DNA of 64,000 nt, taken from positions 3,812,902-3,876,901 of the forward strand of contig CM082585.2 of NCBI GenBank assembly GCA_040954595.2, in the 5' to 3' direction. The position numbers and the translations under genes are program-made. The notes beneath the pieces are model-generated. The model was not told the origin of the DNA. It made no database searches and worked only from the letters and a program-made list of their open reading frames with translations. Position 1 is the stretch's first letter. Each line of letters starts with the position of its first letter. Shown in pieces: positions 1 to 13,500 of the stretch. This DNA is from Balanoglossus misakiensis (Eukaryota > Animalia > Hemichordata).

Positions 1-445
1 ACACATACAATTTGTTTTAAAGTTACAGAATATAACTCCACCATAACGACAAGTGAAATTACGGGTTATTACAATGGCTATTACGAAACAGAAATCAATT
101 TATACATGTATATATCCTATCCTGGCAGATCACAAAGAAATGTATAAATTACATCGTACTACATGAACAGAATCAATCATAGACGCACTCAACCTAACAA
201 AATGCAATTCTTTTTAAATTCTCATAAAAACGCTTCTCTTTCGAACAAGTTTTTGACACCTCTAGCTAAATGCTATTCATTTTACAATTAATGCATTGTC
301 ACCAAAAATCGATTGCCAAAACTTCATAACTTCTATATAAAAAATAAACTAAAAAAGAACAAATTTTGAATGGTAAATTATTTGTCTAGCAAATATCCCA
401 TAAGCTTATTTTGTCACTGCTCTAGATCTAATGGACGCTCTCGTG

Positions 446-959
446 CTAAACGTTGCATCGACCATCATCCACCATTGCACTGAAAACAGTCAGATGATTA
501 CACAGACACAGGGTAGAATTGAAGTCGGATTGTGGTGACACCTGAAAGATATCAAGCAAAAAATGTGATGACAAAGCATTGGGCGTTTCTTTTGCAAGTG
601 AAACAAATTCAAACACTTGGTTTACGTCACAGAGATAAAATATATAATGGAAAAGAGTCCTTACTTATATCAGTGCATTTTTTACGTTTGCAGTATTTTC
701 CACGTGTCAGCATTACTCTTAAGGTGCAGTACCTTCTGTATTTTTAGTTTTTGTTGCATATTTATCCACAGTATCCCCCTAAAATCACACTTATTGTCAC
801 TTGTCTTTAGTTTCATCGCTTGCAAGTACAGGGAGCATATCAATTATTGCAAAATTGGAAGAAAAGCGTTTACCTTACAACCATCGTTTTGCCAGTCAGC
901 CTCATCAAAGTAGCTACATCTGTGTTGAGTAGTGAGAACCTTGATGTCAACCCCATGGG
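446..959 (-). CDS. GPS proteolytic-site exons (959-874, 541-446)
   Basis: C-x-Y/W...W...GC...C-x-C-N-H-L-T-x-F motif across a phase-0 intron; TAG at 448-446. Confidence 0.9.
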
Positions 960-3900
960 CTGTGGAGAAAAAAAGAACAACAGAACAAACTTCGGTATCT
1001 TCCACCTTATTCATTTAAAATCAACTGGGAAATATTTTAAAGTTGTGAAACAGCGGTCACGATGGAATATTTTGACACAGGCCAAATTTTCTAATATTTT
1101 AAATTCCAAAAATGACTATCAATATGTGAATCAATCCAACAGAAAAACATTAAATTAGTAATTTTATGACAACAAGTCAGTAATCACCATATTTTCACCA
1201 AAACGTTTAACATACTTTATAATGGCAATGAATATTACAAGCTGAAAGTCCCTTGAGCTGCAAAATTTCCCTTTTTTCCACTTCAAATCTATTCCCTGTC
1301 CTCTACAATCTTCACCATTAAGCCGTATCACATGTTTTTGCATCAGTTTGTCAACTCTTGGCGACGCATACAACAACGGTTGTGTACTGTTTGTATAAGG
1401 CTGATTAAACGGGTGTGGCATCCATTTAGTATAAAGCGTGCTCAAATTTCAACATACACCCACAATTGGGCGTCAATGAGATATGATATATTCACGTATA
1501 ACTATTAGTAAGCTTATTTCGATGTTCTAATCTAAGTTCGAAAATAAAATCATAAAAATAATGCAAAAGTGGCAGCTCTAGACTCTTTAATATGTGCCCC
1601 ACACAAACAGTAATCCGTTTTTTTTACATTTGCATATAAAACCTGGCCGTATTCTGATTAGCTTTTTAAAATATCGCGCTAACAGACAGACAAACAGAAA
1701 GATAGACATATACCCACACAGAAGAGGCGATAACATTACCGCGCTATCATCACGCGAGGTAAGAATCACGAAAAAATGCAAAAAGTGGCAACTCTTTGTG
1801 CTTTAATGAAATCGCAAGATCGTTGCATTACTTACTGTATATAAATGTTGATTTGTGAATTTGACAGTACCATAAACAGCAACCACACCTCCCGCAAACA
1901 CAACTTACCACTGGTAAGGTCAAAGACTATGTAATACAAGCCTGTCCTGCTGATCTTTGCTTCTGGTAGAAATATGGATGCTGTACACCCTGCGAATACC
2001 AACTCAGTTACGTAATGGAAACCACTGTAGCCATCGACGGCGTCAAGCCTTTCCAGTGACATGTATGCTGTAGTAGTCTCGAAGACAGGCGCTGATGCTT
2101 CCACGATGATTTGAAATGCAGAGTTGGCCGATAGCGCCTGCAACGTAAATAATGAGAAATTGATGCAAGATAAACTTCACATAATGAAATTTGTGAGGTC
2201 AAAGATAAACTGTGTTTGAAATAGCACCAATGTCATTTATACTCATGCATGTTTGAGTTTTGCCCCGTTGACCAAATGGTTATGTTAAAGACAAGATCAG
2301 AAAACATGCAATGAACAGTGAATTTCATATATTATGTAAAGATTACCGTTACTGTCAATGCATAGTGAGTGACTCCTTCCCTTTCCACGTATAATCCCCT
2401 GACGATGCTTTCATTTATAGGTGTCTGATAATTACCAAGCCATACACCGAGATCCTCTGATGCTTTTTTCACTGAAAATAAAATTGTTTTGTAATCACAA
2501 ATTCGTCATTAATCTAGTTACGCCAACAATGATGAAAATGTGATCGAGTATTTTTATATCGCTGGGTTTCCGGTGTGACGTTAACTTGTACAATGATTAT
2601 AGTTCTCAATATATGATTATATATACCATATTAAAATTTTCTTTACGACAACAGTGACACGGGACATGCTCCATGCCTAATCAATAACCCCTATGACGAG
2701 GCGTTCCAGAAAGGCACCGTGCGATTCCACGTGAATATTAGCATACCACTTATGGCCTTTAATTCAAACCAACCTTTTATCTCATTACCATCTTCATCTC
2801 TGAATTCCAGGGTCAGTATATCGGTAGTGAAGCCATGTGTCCTATTTGCCAATCTGTGGGGGTTCCCACCGAATCGGAAAATCTAAAGGCAAAAAAAAAA
2901 AAAAATACTGTTATTATTCCTGAGCATAGTGACACAAGATGACAACAACAGATATTGTACATAAAACCAAAGATCATCATTAAAATAAAGTATGGGCTAA
3001 TTTTGTAAAATTGCAACGGATGCATTGACTCAACACAAATATCGGCCTATAGTTCATTCCATTAATGATAGCAAGATCGCTGGGACGTCACATTATAGTT
3101 TACTGTCGGCAGAGTACCAAAGACCAAGAGTATACAAATATCAATAATACAAGATGGAGCAGTGTATGATAAATAGACGTTGTATACAAACCATTCTGTT
3201 CAAGATTTTGTCCCGCGACAATTGTGGAAACATACTGTCTGCTGGTGGAATACTAAATCCACTTCCATCTCCAATCATAATGGTGACGTTGCTCAAGTCC
3301 TGCACAAAGTTCTTTTCCAAATGCAGCACAAGAGAAGATGTTTTCACGATGATTGGTCCATCTCCACAAATAGTCTCGTTCAGTATGAACCCTGATAACT
3401 GGTCGAACACTTTCGTTGTTTTCTTTGTCAGGCGATTTGCCTGCCCGGGATTCAGCTTGTCGCTCGGATTGGCGTCAATTAGGGACTGCATTCTGTCTAT
3501 CACTTTTTGCAAGACGGTCAGCGTTTCTGAAATATACAATTATTGACATATAAAAACCATCTCACTCTGTCGGTCTGCCTCGGCTATTGCATCATACGCC
3601 AGTTGATAATAAGTGTGTCTCATTTTTCGTATCTATCAGCTTTTGGAAATGTTCAATGCCCAGTTTTTCTGAAAATAACATATTTGACAGTCACTGATTA
3701 TATGTATGATTTATTGAAACAAACGAAGTATGGTTGACACATTTTCGATACGCTTAAGAATTGTAAGGGTTTACATATCTGCGTATGATACCGTTATCGT
3801 ATTTACATCATTGAAAGATATTTAATGTGGACGGTATTTGAAATGCATACTGACGTCACAGAATATGGTTTTAAATAAAAAAGATCACAATACCTTTTGC

Positions 3901-6900
3901 AAATAGAATTCTTCCTTCAAATATGACACTTTTATTTGACAGGTCAGCGGTTAAAATGGCCACCTTGTCAATCACACTTATACCCTGGCAAAAGAATATA
4001 GACATTTATTTATTATTTCGCTTTATAGCTTTATGGAATTATTTAGTATGTAGCTTTAGTTGTCACAAAAAATTCATATCCCGTAGAGACCTTTAATGTA
4101 CGCTTGTGGAATTCGCTAACTTGTGGCTTTATACAATACAGTGCATTACATCAGTCTCAAATGATTGGCACCTTTCTTACCACATCTACTGTTCTCAGTT
4201 CATCGTCACTTATCTTGAGCAGCCTCTCCCGCAGAAGAAGTAAGTCATCATCTGAATTTTGTAAATATAAAACGCAGATTATGTGAAAGATGGCAAAATA
4301 TCATGAAATGTATTTCTAAAATTGAGAAGGCATTCGTGACTTAAAATAGCACAGGAATATATTACACGTTCTCTCAGGAGACTTGTTAACCATCAGTCGC
4401 AGCCAAATTCCTATGAAATGTGTCTAACCGGTTCGGTCGTGAACTCCATTGTCAACAACCATTGTTTTTATCTATACATTTCCTATAGCAGCAAATTAAA
4501 TGAATGCTTTTCCGTTTTCATCTTATCGTAGTCGTAAATAGAAATGACATGCATTAATTATTGTGTGCCTTCTTAATTTGATATCGAACTTGCCAAGTTC
4601 TAGTGTAGTAATAAAATGTGGCCGTATAAAGATCTACTTCGGAGCCCCTTCAGCTGGGTTCTCCTCTGAGAGGCCACACTTAAGCATTATCCATTGGTGA
4701 AGACAATGCATTAAAGGCAAGACATTAAACATATATCAAATGTGCACTTTAGAGAAACGTGTATTTGCAAGTCAATATGACGATTTTTTTCATTAATGTG
4801 GTACAAGATATGTTTTATACATAATCCCCACTGGTGGTGACACAAACACTGTGTTGATCAAAGCCACCTTTTGTTTAATTTATCTGTTTACCGGAAGCAA
4901 CACGTTTAATATTTATTAAAAGCAATTTCATGTCAAGTCAGTATTAATTCAACGTCATGCATCCCTTAATCTGTGTATACTTAATGAAATCGTTAAAATA
5001 ATCCCTCATACAAAAGTCATCGCGAGATCAAAAGCTCGAATCATAAAAATATTTTCCATGAAACATTTGGATATTATAATGCGACTCCCTTCTACGCGGA
5101 TAAGTGCGTTATCGTGCTTGTACATTTGTCTACGATCCATGTATAATACATTGAATGTATGTACATGGCACTATAAGATGCCACACATGCAAAGGCAAGC
5201 TGACGAATATGCTATTTAAACATATTAACTATTATTTAGAGTTTCGCTTATTTTTAACCCTGTATAACCCTGGGCCAACGGAATGTTCATGTCCACACTG
5301 AAGTTTAGGCGATGCAATAGTTTCAGTCATTGTTACTTCTCTTCCAATAAACCACGGGACCATCTTTTGCTATCTTGTGGCGGAACAATGCAACTTTTGT
5401 TTCAATTATCCATCTACCGAAAGCAACAAGTGATGGTCCATTACACATACGGGCATTTCCAATGTGACTCCCTTCCACGCGGATAAATATATTTACCATG
5501 TGTATGCATTTGTCTATATTCTATGTATAATGGCATATGTTGAATGTATACACGCCACAGAAAGACACAGGTGGTCAAATATGCAGGACCCATTAATCAA
5601 TCAAAATAAACATATATAAAGCGCCAGAATCAATAACAATGTTATTTCCAAAGGCGTTGAAAGTTTAACATCAGTGTTCGTAGGATTTGACAAATAGAAA
5701 TGTTTTGAGTTTTTGTTTGAAAATGTTTAGACTAGAAGCCTGTTGAATGTCAGATGGCCGAGAATTCCAAAGTTGTGGCGCGACAACGGAAAAGGCACGT
5801 CCACCATATGTTTTGAGTCTGTACTTTGGTACACACAATTGCATCCTTGAGCTGGAACGCACAGCACGAGTAGGCTTATATGGCTTGATTATATCCTGAA
5901 TGTAGACTGGGGCAAGATTGTTGAGAGCCTTGTACGTTAGTAGTAGAATGTTGTAGTCAAATCTGTGTCGAACTGGCAACCAATGGAGACTACGAAGAAC
6001 TGGTGATATGTGGTTTGATTTTCTCGTGTGGGTAATAATTCTGGCTGCAGTATTTCGTTCTTTTTGAAGTAGACTTATACTGGATTCAGGGAGTCCGTAC
6101 ATCAATGCATTGCAATAATCCAATTTAGAGGACAAAACATGTATTATTGTGCGACAAGTTTCCTAACTGAGATATCTTCTGATGGATCCGATTCGACGTA
6201 AGTTGGCATATATCGTCTGACAGGTTAATTGAATATGATTGTGAAACATGTGAATATTGTCGAAGGTGACTCCATGTTGCGGGCAGATTTAACTGGTTGT
6301 ATTGTACTTGAGCCAATGGTGATTCGGTCAAAAGGAACTGGAGAATGGTTAAACTTTGAACGAATGAGAATAACTTCTGTTTTGGAGTTGGTGATGAATC
6401 ATTTTGGGAGAAGGACAGGTATAATTGATTGTCATCTGCATATTGGTGAAATTCCAGGTTATGTTGACGAATAAGTTTCCCTAGTGGAGAGATGTATATG
6501 GTGAACAAAAGCGGCCCGGCCCGAGGACTAACTCTTGGGGTACACCACACTGAAGAAGACGGGGTTTACTGGTGACATTTCCAATTATTACTGACTGATG
6601 TCTGTCCATAAGATACGATTCGAACCATTTCAGGGCGACATCTGTAATGCCAAGGTCCGAGAGCCGGTTTAACAGTAAGCTGTGGTCAATGGTGTCAAAT
6701 GCAGCTGAAAGATCCAAAAGGACAAGTATGACACACTTTCCGGAGTCGAGAGACATGCAAATGTCGTCATGAACTTTCAGAAGAGCGGTTTCAGTACTAT
6801 GGTATTGTCTATACGCAGATTGTTGTGGTTAGCGGCGAGATAAATGGTGAGTTGAGTGGCTATAACTTTTTTTCAGGACTTTAGAGAGTAATGGCAGGTT

Positions 6901-9900
6901 TGAAAGTGGACGATAATTCTTAAGGATGTTACTGTCCACAGAAGCCTTCTTGAGTAACGGAGTGACAACGGCAGACTTGAATGCTGTAGGTACTTGTCCA
7001 GATTGAAGAGATAGATTATTGTCGCAGTTATGTACTGAAGTAGTGCATCTAGGCACTTCTTTAGTATCGAAGTCTGAAGTGGATCTAGGCAACAGGATTT
7101 GGCAGTGACTGCATGATGAGAGTTTTTATTTCTTCTACTTTTGCCTGGTTGAATGATGAAAATATGGTCGTAGTATTGGTTTCTGTATTGATGACCTGTG
7201 GGATGTAGTTAATGGAGTTCAGGTTGTCGTGAATAATCTTGATTTTGCTTATAAAAAAGTCACTGAAACGTTTTGTGAGTTCCCCCATTGTAGTATGGGC
7301 AGGAAGAGATTGTGAATGCTTGGTATACAAAGTGTAGAAACTAGTTTAAACAGTGATCTCTGATTACAATGTATTGGCATTCTCAGGTATGAGGTCGGTA
7401 TAGTAGTCACGTTTGGCCTGGCGTATTAACTTGATCACGTGAAGACACTATTCTTTGTAGATTTGACGGTGGATTTCTAGCTTAGTGTTTCGCCATTTAC
7501 GCTCGGCAGATCTTCTATCCGTCTTTGCTTGTTTAATAGTAGCATTATACAATCTGGTGTCTAGACGAACAGTGAAAGTGGGTTTCTTTACTGGTGCATG
7601 TATATGAGTGATTTTTTAAACTTATTTTATTTATTAGTTTTCTAGTGTTTTTTGCCAGTTTTTTGTAACTAATATCTATGGACGGTTGTGTCTGAAATAA
7701 AGATTAATAATAATAATATCAAGAAGAGCAAACAGTTTTGAATCATAGGTCGATATGGCTTTATGAATATTTGATGGCAGGTGATGAAAGTCTGGAATGG
7801 ACGCAACATCATTAATGAAATCTCTCATTGGGATAGAAGATATGCATCGATGTGTGACTTGACGTCTTGCAAGCGGTGGTTTCTGAAATGCCAAACTTGC
7901 ATGAATTGGAAAGTGATCTGAAATACTGTGGCAATCGATGGATATTGCTTTGATGACTTTTCAGAATAAGTAATTATCAGGTCAAGGGTGTGGCCTTTTA
8001 CATGTGTTAAGTCGCTTATCCATTGCTTTAAACCAAATGAGTCGATGAGATCTCTGAACTTCACAGCTGTAACATTGAGCGGATCATCCAGATGCAAGGA
8101 AAGGGAAATTTATGAACGAGATTTATCGCTGATGTCTCAAATACTTACTGTTATCCTCGCAAACAACCCTTTTATATTCATTGCAGTCTTCAGTGAACCA
8201 ACCAACTTTACTAATAATGCCACATCTGTATAACAAAGTATTGTTTAAGACTTGTACAATGATTACTGTACAGTGTCAATAGTGATCTCTATAGAACGCA
8301 GGCTGGTCATAAGGCCACATTATGCGTTATTTGAATAAAATCATTAACCATGTGGCATACCCTGGCTTAGTTTTCCAAAATCGTTCAATATAAAAACTCA
8401 ATCTTCACATGGACATGGTTCCGATTACTTTCTTACATCCATTTCGTGTTGTAAGGCACATGTAGGAATTGTATTGCAATCAACGTTAGCTGTAAAGTAT
8501 CATGCTCAAATTATGCTTTGTAATTCAGACAATATGACAGATTAAGTTGACAAAAATATTGATATTTTAATAGCAGAGTGTAACCTTAAGGAAAAGAATC
8601 ACGTCATTTGTATAATGTCATCTCGCAAGTTCGAACGCCCATGGAGTTTAAGCCTCTAGAGCTGCCACTTTTAACTTTATTTTCATAATTTTATTTTCAA
8701 ACTTAGATTGGTACATCGAAATAAGGTTTACTGGTATGCGTTGGCAAGAGATGTTAAACTGATGCAAATACAAGTAATATGGCTAAATGATAATGAATAG
8801 TGAAGAGATTTTTAAGTATTTTATTGTGGAAAAAATATGGGAAATTTGGCAGCTCTAGAGGCTTTAAAGTCAGGAAAGAAATGGGAAAAACTTACATACT
8901 GTTCTGACAAGGCGGAAAACAGCGTGAACAAAGACTGACTCACTTTGCGTAAATGCACGATCCGACTTCAGGAGTCTGGTTGGGCGCAAACGACGCGTGT
9001 TCCAATATTAAACCACTGACTGTCTTGACATTGCCATCTGCCGCCATGGTAGCATCAATCCATACGTCTATCCATAGAAGGTCGTAACAGTACTGGCCGT
9101 TTACCCATACGGTTGTGTCGGTTACAAGACGTAATCCAAACTTTTCACATAGCTGGTATGCATCCACCACGCTCCTCCCGAGAGTCGTAGTTAAGTCGAA
9201 AGAAGCTGCAAATGAGATAAACGTAATTTATTTCCCTTAAAATCCTCTAGAGCTGCCACTTTTTACATTATATTCAGGATTTTGTTTCTAACTTAAATTG
9301 GCCCATCTAAATATTAAGCTTACTGATAGGTATAAATGAACACCTTTTCGATGCCCGATTGTGGCTGAATGCAGTGATAATAAAACGGTACCGCACCGAT
9401 TTAATAAGCCTCCATACAAACATTACGGAAAAAAATGTGAAATTTGGCAGCTATAGGGGCTTTAAAATAAATGTCTGTAATGATTTAGTGTCTCTAATTA
9501 AGCGTTTATTTGTCGTCTGTATTTAAAAAAACGGCGAAAAACACCGATAAGTGTCTACATATATTTCGTAAATAAACAAAATACATTTTGTATCAATTTA
9601 AGAAGGTGATTGTTTCATATAAATAAAGAGGCAAATGTTTTAAAAATGCATAAATTAAAAATAGCGCCCATTTGAGGATTATGCGGAAACAGTGACACAC
9701 CAGAATAAAAATTACAGGTGACATTGCAAGCAGAGATGATCTTACCATATAGAAATATGGAATGTAAAAAAAATTAACAAGGAACATGCCCAATAAACTG
9801 TCATGTGTCATGGCAGTCTTAGCAGTGGTGCTAGAAAAAAATTGACCAAAAATTGTCTGTACAAACATAGCCCGGAGACCAGGGCTATGTTTGTACAGAC

Positions 9901-10517
9901 AATTTTTGGTCAATTTTTTTTGGCAGTCTTAGCAGTGGTGCTAGAAAAAAATTGACCAAAAATTGTCTGTACAAACATAGCCCGGAGACCAGGGCGTCGA
10001 TTCTAGAATACAACGCCCGGTGACAGTCTAGCAATGTCCTGCTGAGCTGAAAGATAGTAGCCCTGGCAACGATCAGGGTCGCTTAGTAACGAATGGATAA
10101 CGAGTGATCTATCAAATGTTGACGGGCGCCAGTGGTTGGTTGATATACTTAACAAAGCTTGGTTATGAATATTCATACACCTTCAAAACCACTCCCACAT
10201 CCCGTTTTGAAAACATACTTGGTGACTCCACCTCTATTTCCTTATTAGGGTTTCGAGACCAGAGGGGTCTCGAAACCCTCTTGAAATCGTGTTGTTTTTT
10301 ATTATTATTATTAGGGCCCAAGCCCAGCAGGCTTGGGCCCTATTGGTATTACTGGGTTTTTTAGGGCCCAAGCCAAGCAGGCTTGGGCCCTATTGTTTTT
10401 ACTGGAGTTTTTAGGGCCCAAGCCCAGCAGGCTTGGGCCCTATTGGTATTACTGGGTTTTTTTAGGGCCCAAGCCCAGCAGGCTTGGGCCCTATTGGTAT
10501 TACTGGGATTTTTCTTC

Positions 10518-10549
<32 letters not shown>

Positions 10550-13500
10550 GTGTCGTTTTTTTGTCCAGCTAGATCTGGAGAACGGCTGAACCTACCAATT
10601 TCAAACTTAGCACAATGGTGCAGGCCAATGAGAGCTGGTGCAGTACCCTCGTGAATGTTTAATTAGTCACGTGACCTGATGACCATATATGGGCAAAATT
10701 TTCAAATCGCCCTAATTTGCATATGAATTGAGATATCAAAATTCTGTTCAGATACTTTATGGACCATATGGCCAGGGTTCTACATGCCAAATGTCAAGGC
10801 CATAGGCCATGTCAATTTTGAGGAGAAGATTTTTAAGTATTATTTTTCATATTTTTCGCCCAAGCCATCGGCCTATACTTTACATAGTAAAGCTATGACC
10901 ACATATTATTTTGGATAAATATGCATACATATCTCAAAATCTGTTAGGCTGATCATCTCAAACTTTGGTGTGCAGCTAGCCTAGCATTTGTCAATCATTT
11001 TAAGCGAAAAAAAATAATATGAAAAATCGACCGATTTTTTTATATTAATTTTTTAAATTAAATTTATACCTTTTTACTTATACCTCTATAGTGAAGCTAT
11101 GAACACTACACGTCTTGGTGTGGAATTCTGGTCTGTGCAACGGTCCTGTACAGTGACTGTGTATTGGGCAGTGAGCACAATGGGACCAAAATGACAGGCA
11201 AAATTTTGGGCTCACCTGTAACACCTGCTTAACTCATTAATTATGTGCATACCTAATTCTGGGCTAACTAAGAGGGCTAGAGGTTTCGTTCTTGTTGGAT
11301 ATGGACCAGTATAGGGTCAACATTTCTTGCCAAAATTTTGCATGACCTCAGGTGACCTTTGACCTACTTTACCAGATCTTGGCATCCGGAGCAAGTACAG
11401 ACTTGGTGTTTGGAGGGTTGGGACTAAAATTGAAAAGCCAAAATTGGGGGTCACCTGTGACACCTGCCTACCTTATTAATTATGTGCATACCTAATTCCA
11501 GGCTAACCAATAGGGCTATAGGTTTAGTTTTTGCTTAACATGGACCAGTATAGGGTCAAAATTTCTTGCCCAAATTTTGCATGACCTCAGGTGACCTTTG
11601 ACCTACTTTACCAGATCTTGACATCCAGAGCAGGTACAGACTTGGGGTTTGGAGGGTTGGACTAAAATTGAACAGCCAAAATTGGGGGTCACCTGTGACA
11701 CCTGCCTCCCTCATTAATTATGTGCATACCTAATTCCAGGCTAACCAATAGTGCTATAGGTTTGGTTTTTGTTGAACGTGGACCAGTATAGGGTAAAAAT
11801 GTCTTGCCTAAATATAACATGACCTCAGTTGACCTTTGACCTACTTTACCATATCTTGGTATCAAGTGCAGATATGCTTATTGCTATGTTGCTATGTGCT
11901 ATGTTGGCTTGGGCCCGCTATTGCTGCTTGCAGCTATATTCTTCTACTTCTTCTTCTTCTTCTTCTTCTTCTTGTGTCGTTTTTTTGTCCAGCTAGATCT
12001 TGAAAACGGCTGAACCTACACATTTCAAAGTTGGCACAATGGTGCAGGCCTATGAGAGCTGGTGCAGTACCCTTGTGAATGTGTAATTAGTCATGTGACC
12101 TGATGACCATATATGGGCAAAATTTTCAATTTGGCCTAATTTGCATATGAATGGAGATATCAAAATTTTGTTCAGATGCTTTGTGGACCATATGGCCAGG
12201 GTTCTACATGCCAAATGTCAAGGCCATAAGCCATGTCAATTTTGAGAAGAAGATTTTTAAGTATTATTTTTCATATTTGTCGCCCAAGCCAGGTGCCTAT
12301 ACTTTACATAGTTAAGCTATGACCACATATTATTTTGGATAAATATGCATACATATCTCAAAATCTGTTTGGCCGATCATCTCCAACTTTGGTGTGCAGC
12401 TAGCCTAGCATTTGTCAATAATTTTAAGCGAGAAAAAAATAATATGAAAAATCGACCGATTTTTTTATATTAATTTTTTTATTAAATTTATACCTTTACT
12501 TATTCCTCTATGGTTAAGCTATGTCCACGTCTTATTGTGGAATTCTGGTCTGTGCAATAGTCCTGTACAGTGACTGTCTATTGGCCAGTAAGCAGAATGG
12601 GACCAAAATAAAAGGCAACATTTTGGGCTCACCTGTGACACCTGCATATCTCATTAATTATGTGCATACCTAATTCCAGGCTAACCAATAGGGCTATAGG
12701 TTTGGTTTTTGTTGAACATGGACCAGTATAGGGTCAACATTTCTTGCCCAAATTTTGCATGACCTCAGGTGACCTTTGACCTACTTTACCAGATCTTGGC
12801 ATCCAGAGCAGGTACAGACTTGGCGTTTGGAGGGTTGGGACTAAAATTGAAAAGCCAAAATTGGGGGTCACCTGTGACACCTGCCTCCCTCATTAATTAT
12901 GTGCATACCTAATTCCAGACTAACCAATAGGGCTATAGGTTTGGTTTTTGTTGAAGATGGACCAGTATAGGGTCAAAATTTCTTGCCCACATTTTGCATG
13001 ACCTCAGGTGACCTTTGACCTACTTTACCATATCTTGGCATCCAGAGCAGGTACAAACTTGGTGTTTGGAGGGTTAGGACTGAAAGTGAAAAGCCAAAAT
13101 TGGGGGTCACCTGTGACACCTGCATATCTCATTAATTATGTGCATACCTAATTCCAGGCTAACCAATAGGGCTATAGGTTTGGTTTTTGTTGAACATGGA
13201 CCAGTATACGGTAAAAATTTCTTGCCCAAATATAACATGACCTCAGTTGACCTTTGACCTACTTTACCATATCTTGGCATCAAGAGCAGATATGCTTATT
13301 GCTATGTTGCTATGTGCATGTTGGCTTGGGCCCGCTATTGCTGCTTGCAGCTATATTTAGGGCCCAAGCCCAGCAGGCTTGGGCCCTATTGTTTTTACTG
13401 GGGTTTTTAGGGCCCAAGCCAAGCAGGCTTGGGCCCTATTGTTTTTACTGGAGTTTTTTAGGGCCCAAGCCCAGCAGGCTTGGGCCCTATTGGTATTACT

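Noticed and set aside
532-1158. Plus-strand ORFs over the GPS exons (also 3154-3546)
   Set aside because: Antisense shadows of the minus-strand exons with no recognisable motifs.
5255-5420. Candidate missing exon of the CTL-GAIN gene
   Set aside because: Stops in the tested frames and overlap with a locally repeated sequence.
10311-10500. Palindromic ~27-bp repeats with ~22-bp gaps resembling a CRISPR array
   Set aside because: Gaps are near-identical rather than unique, there are no cas genes, the context is eukaryotic, and the repeats match element heads paired with downstream tails.
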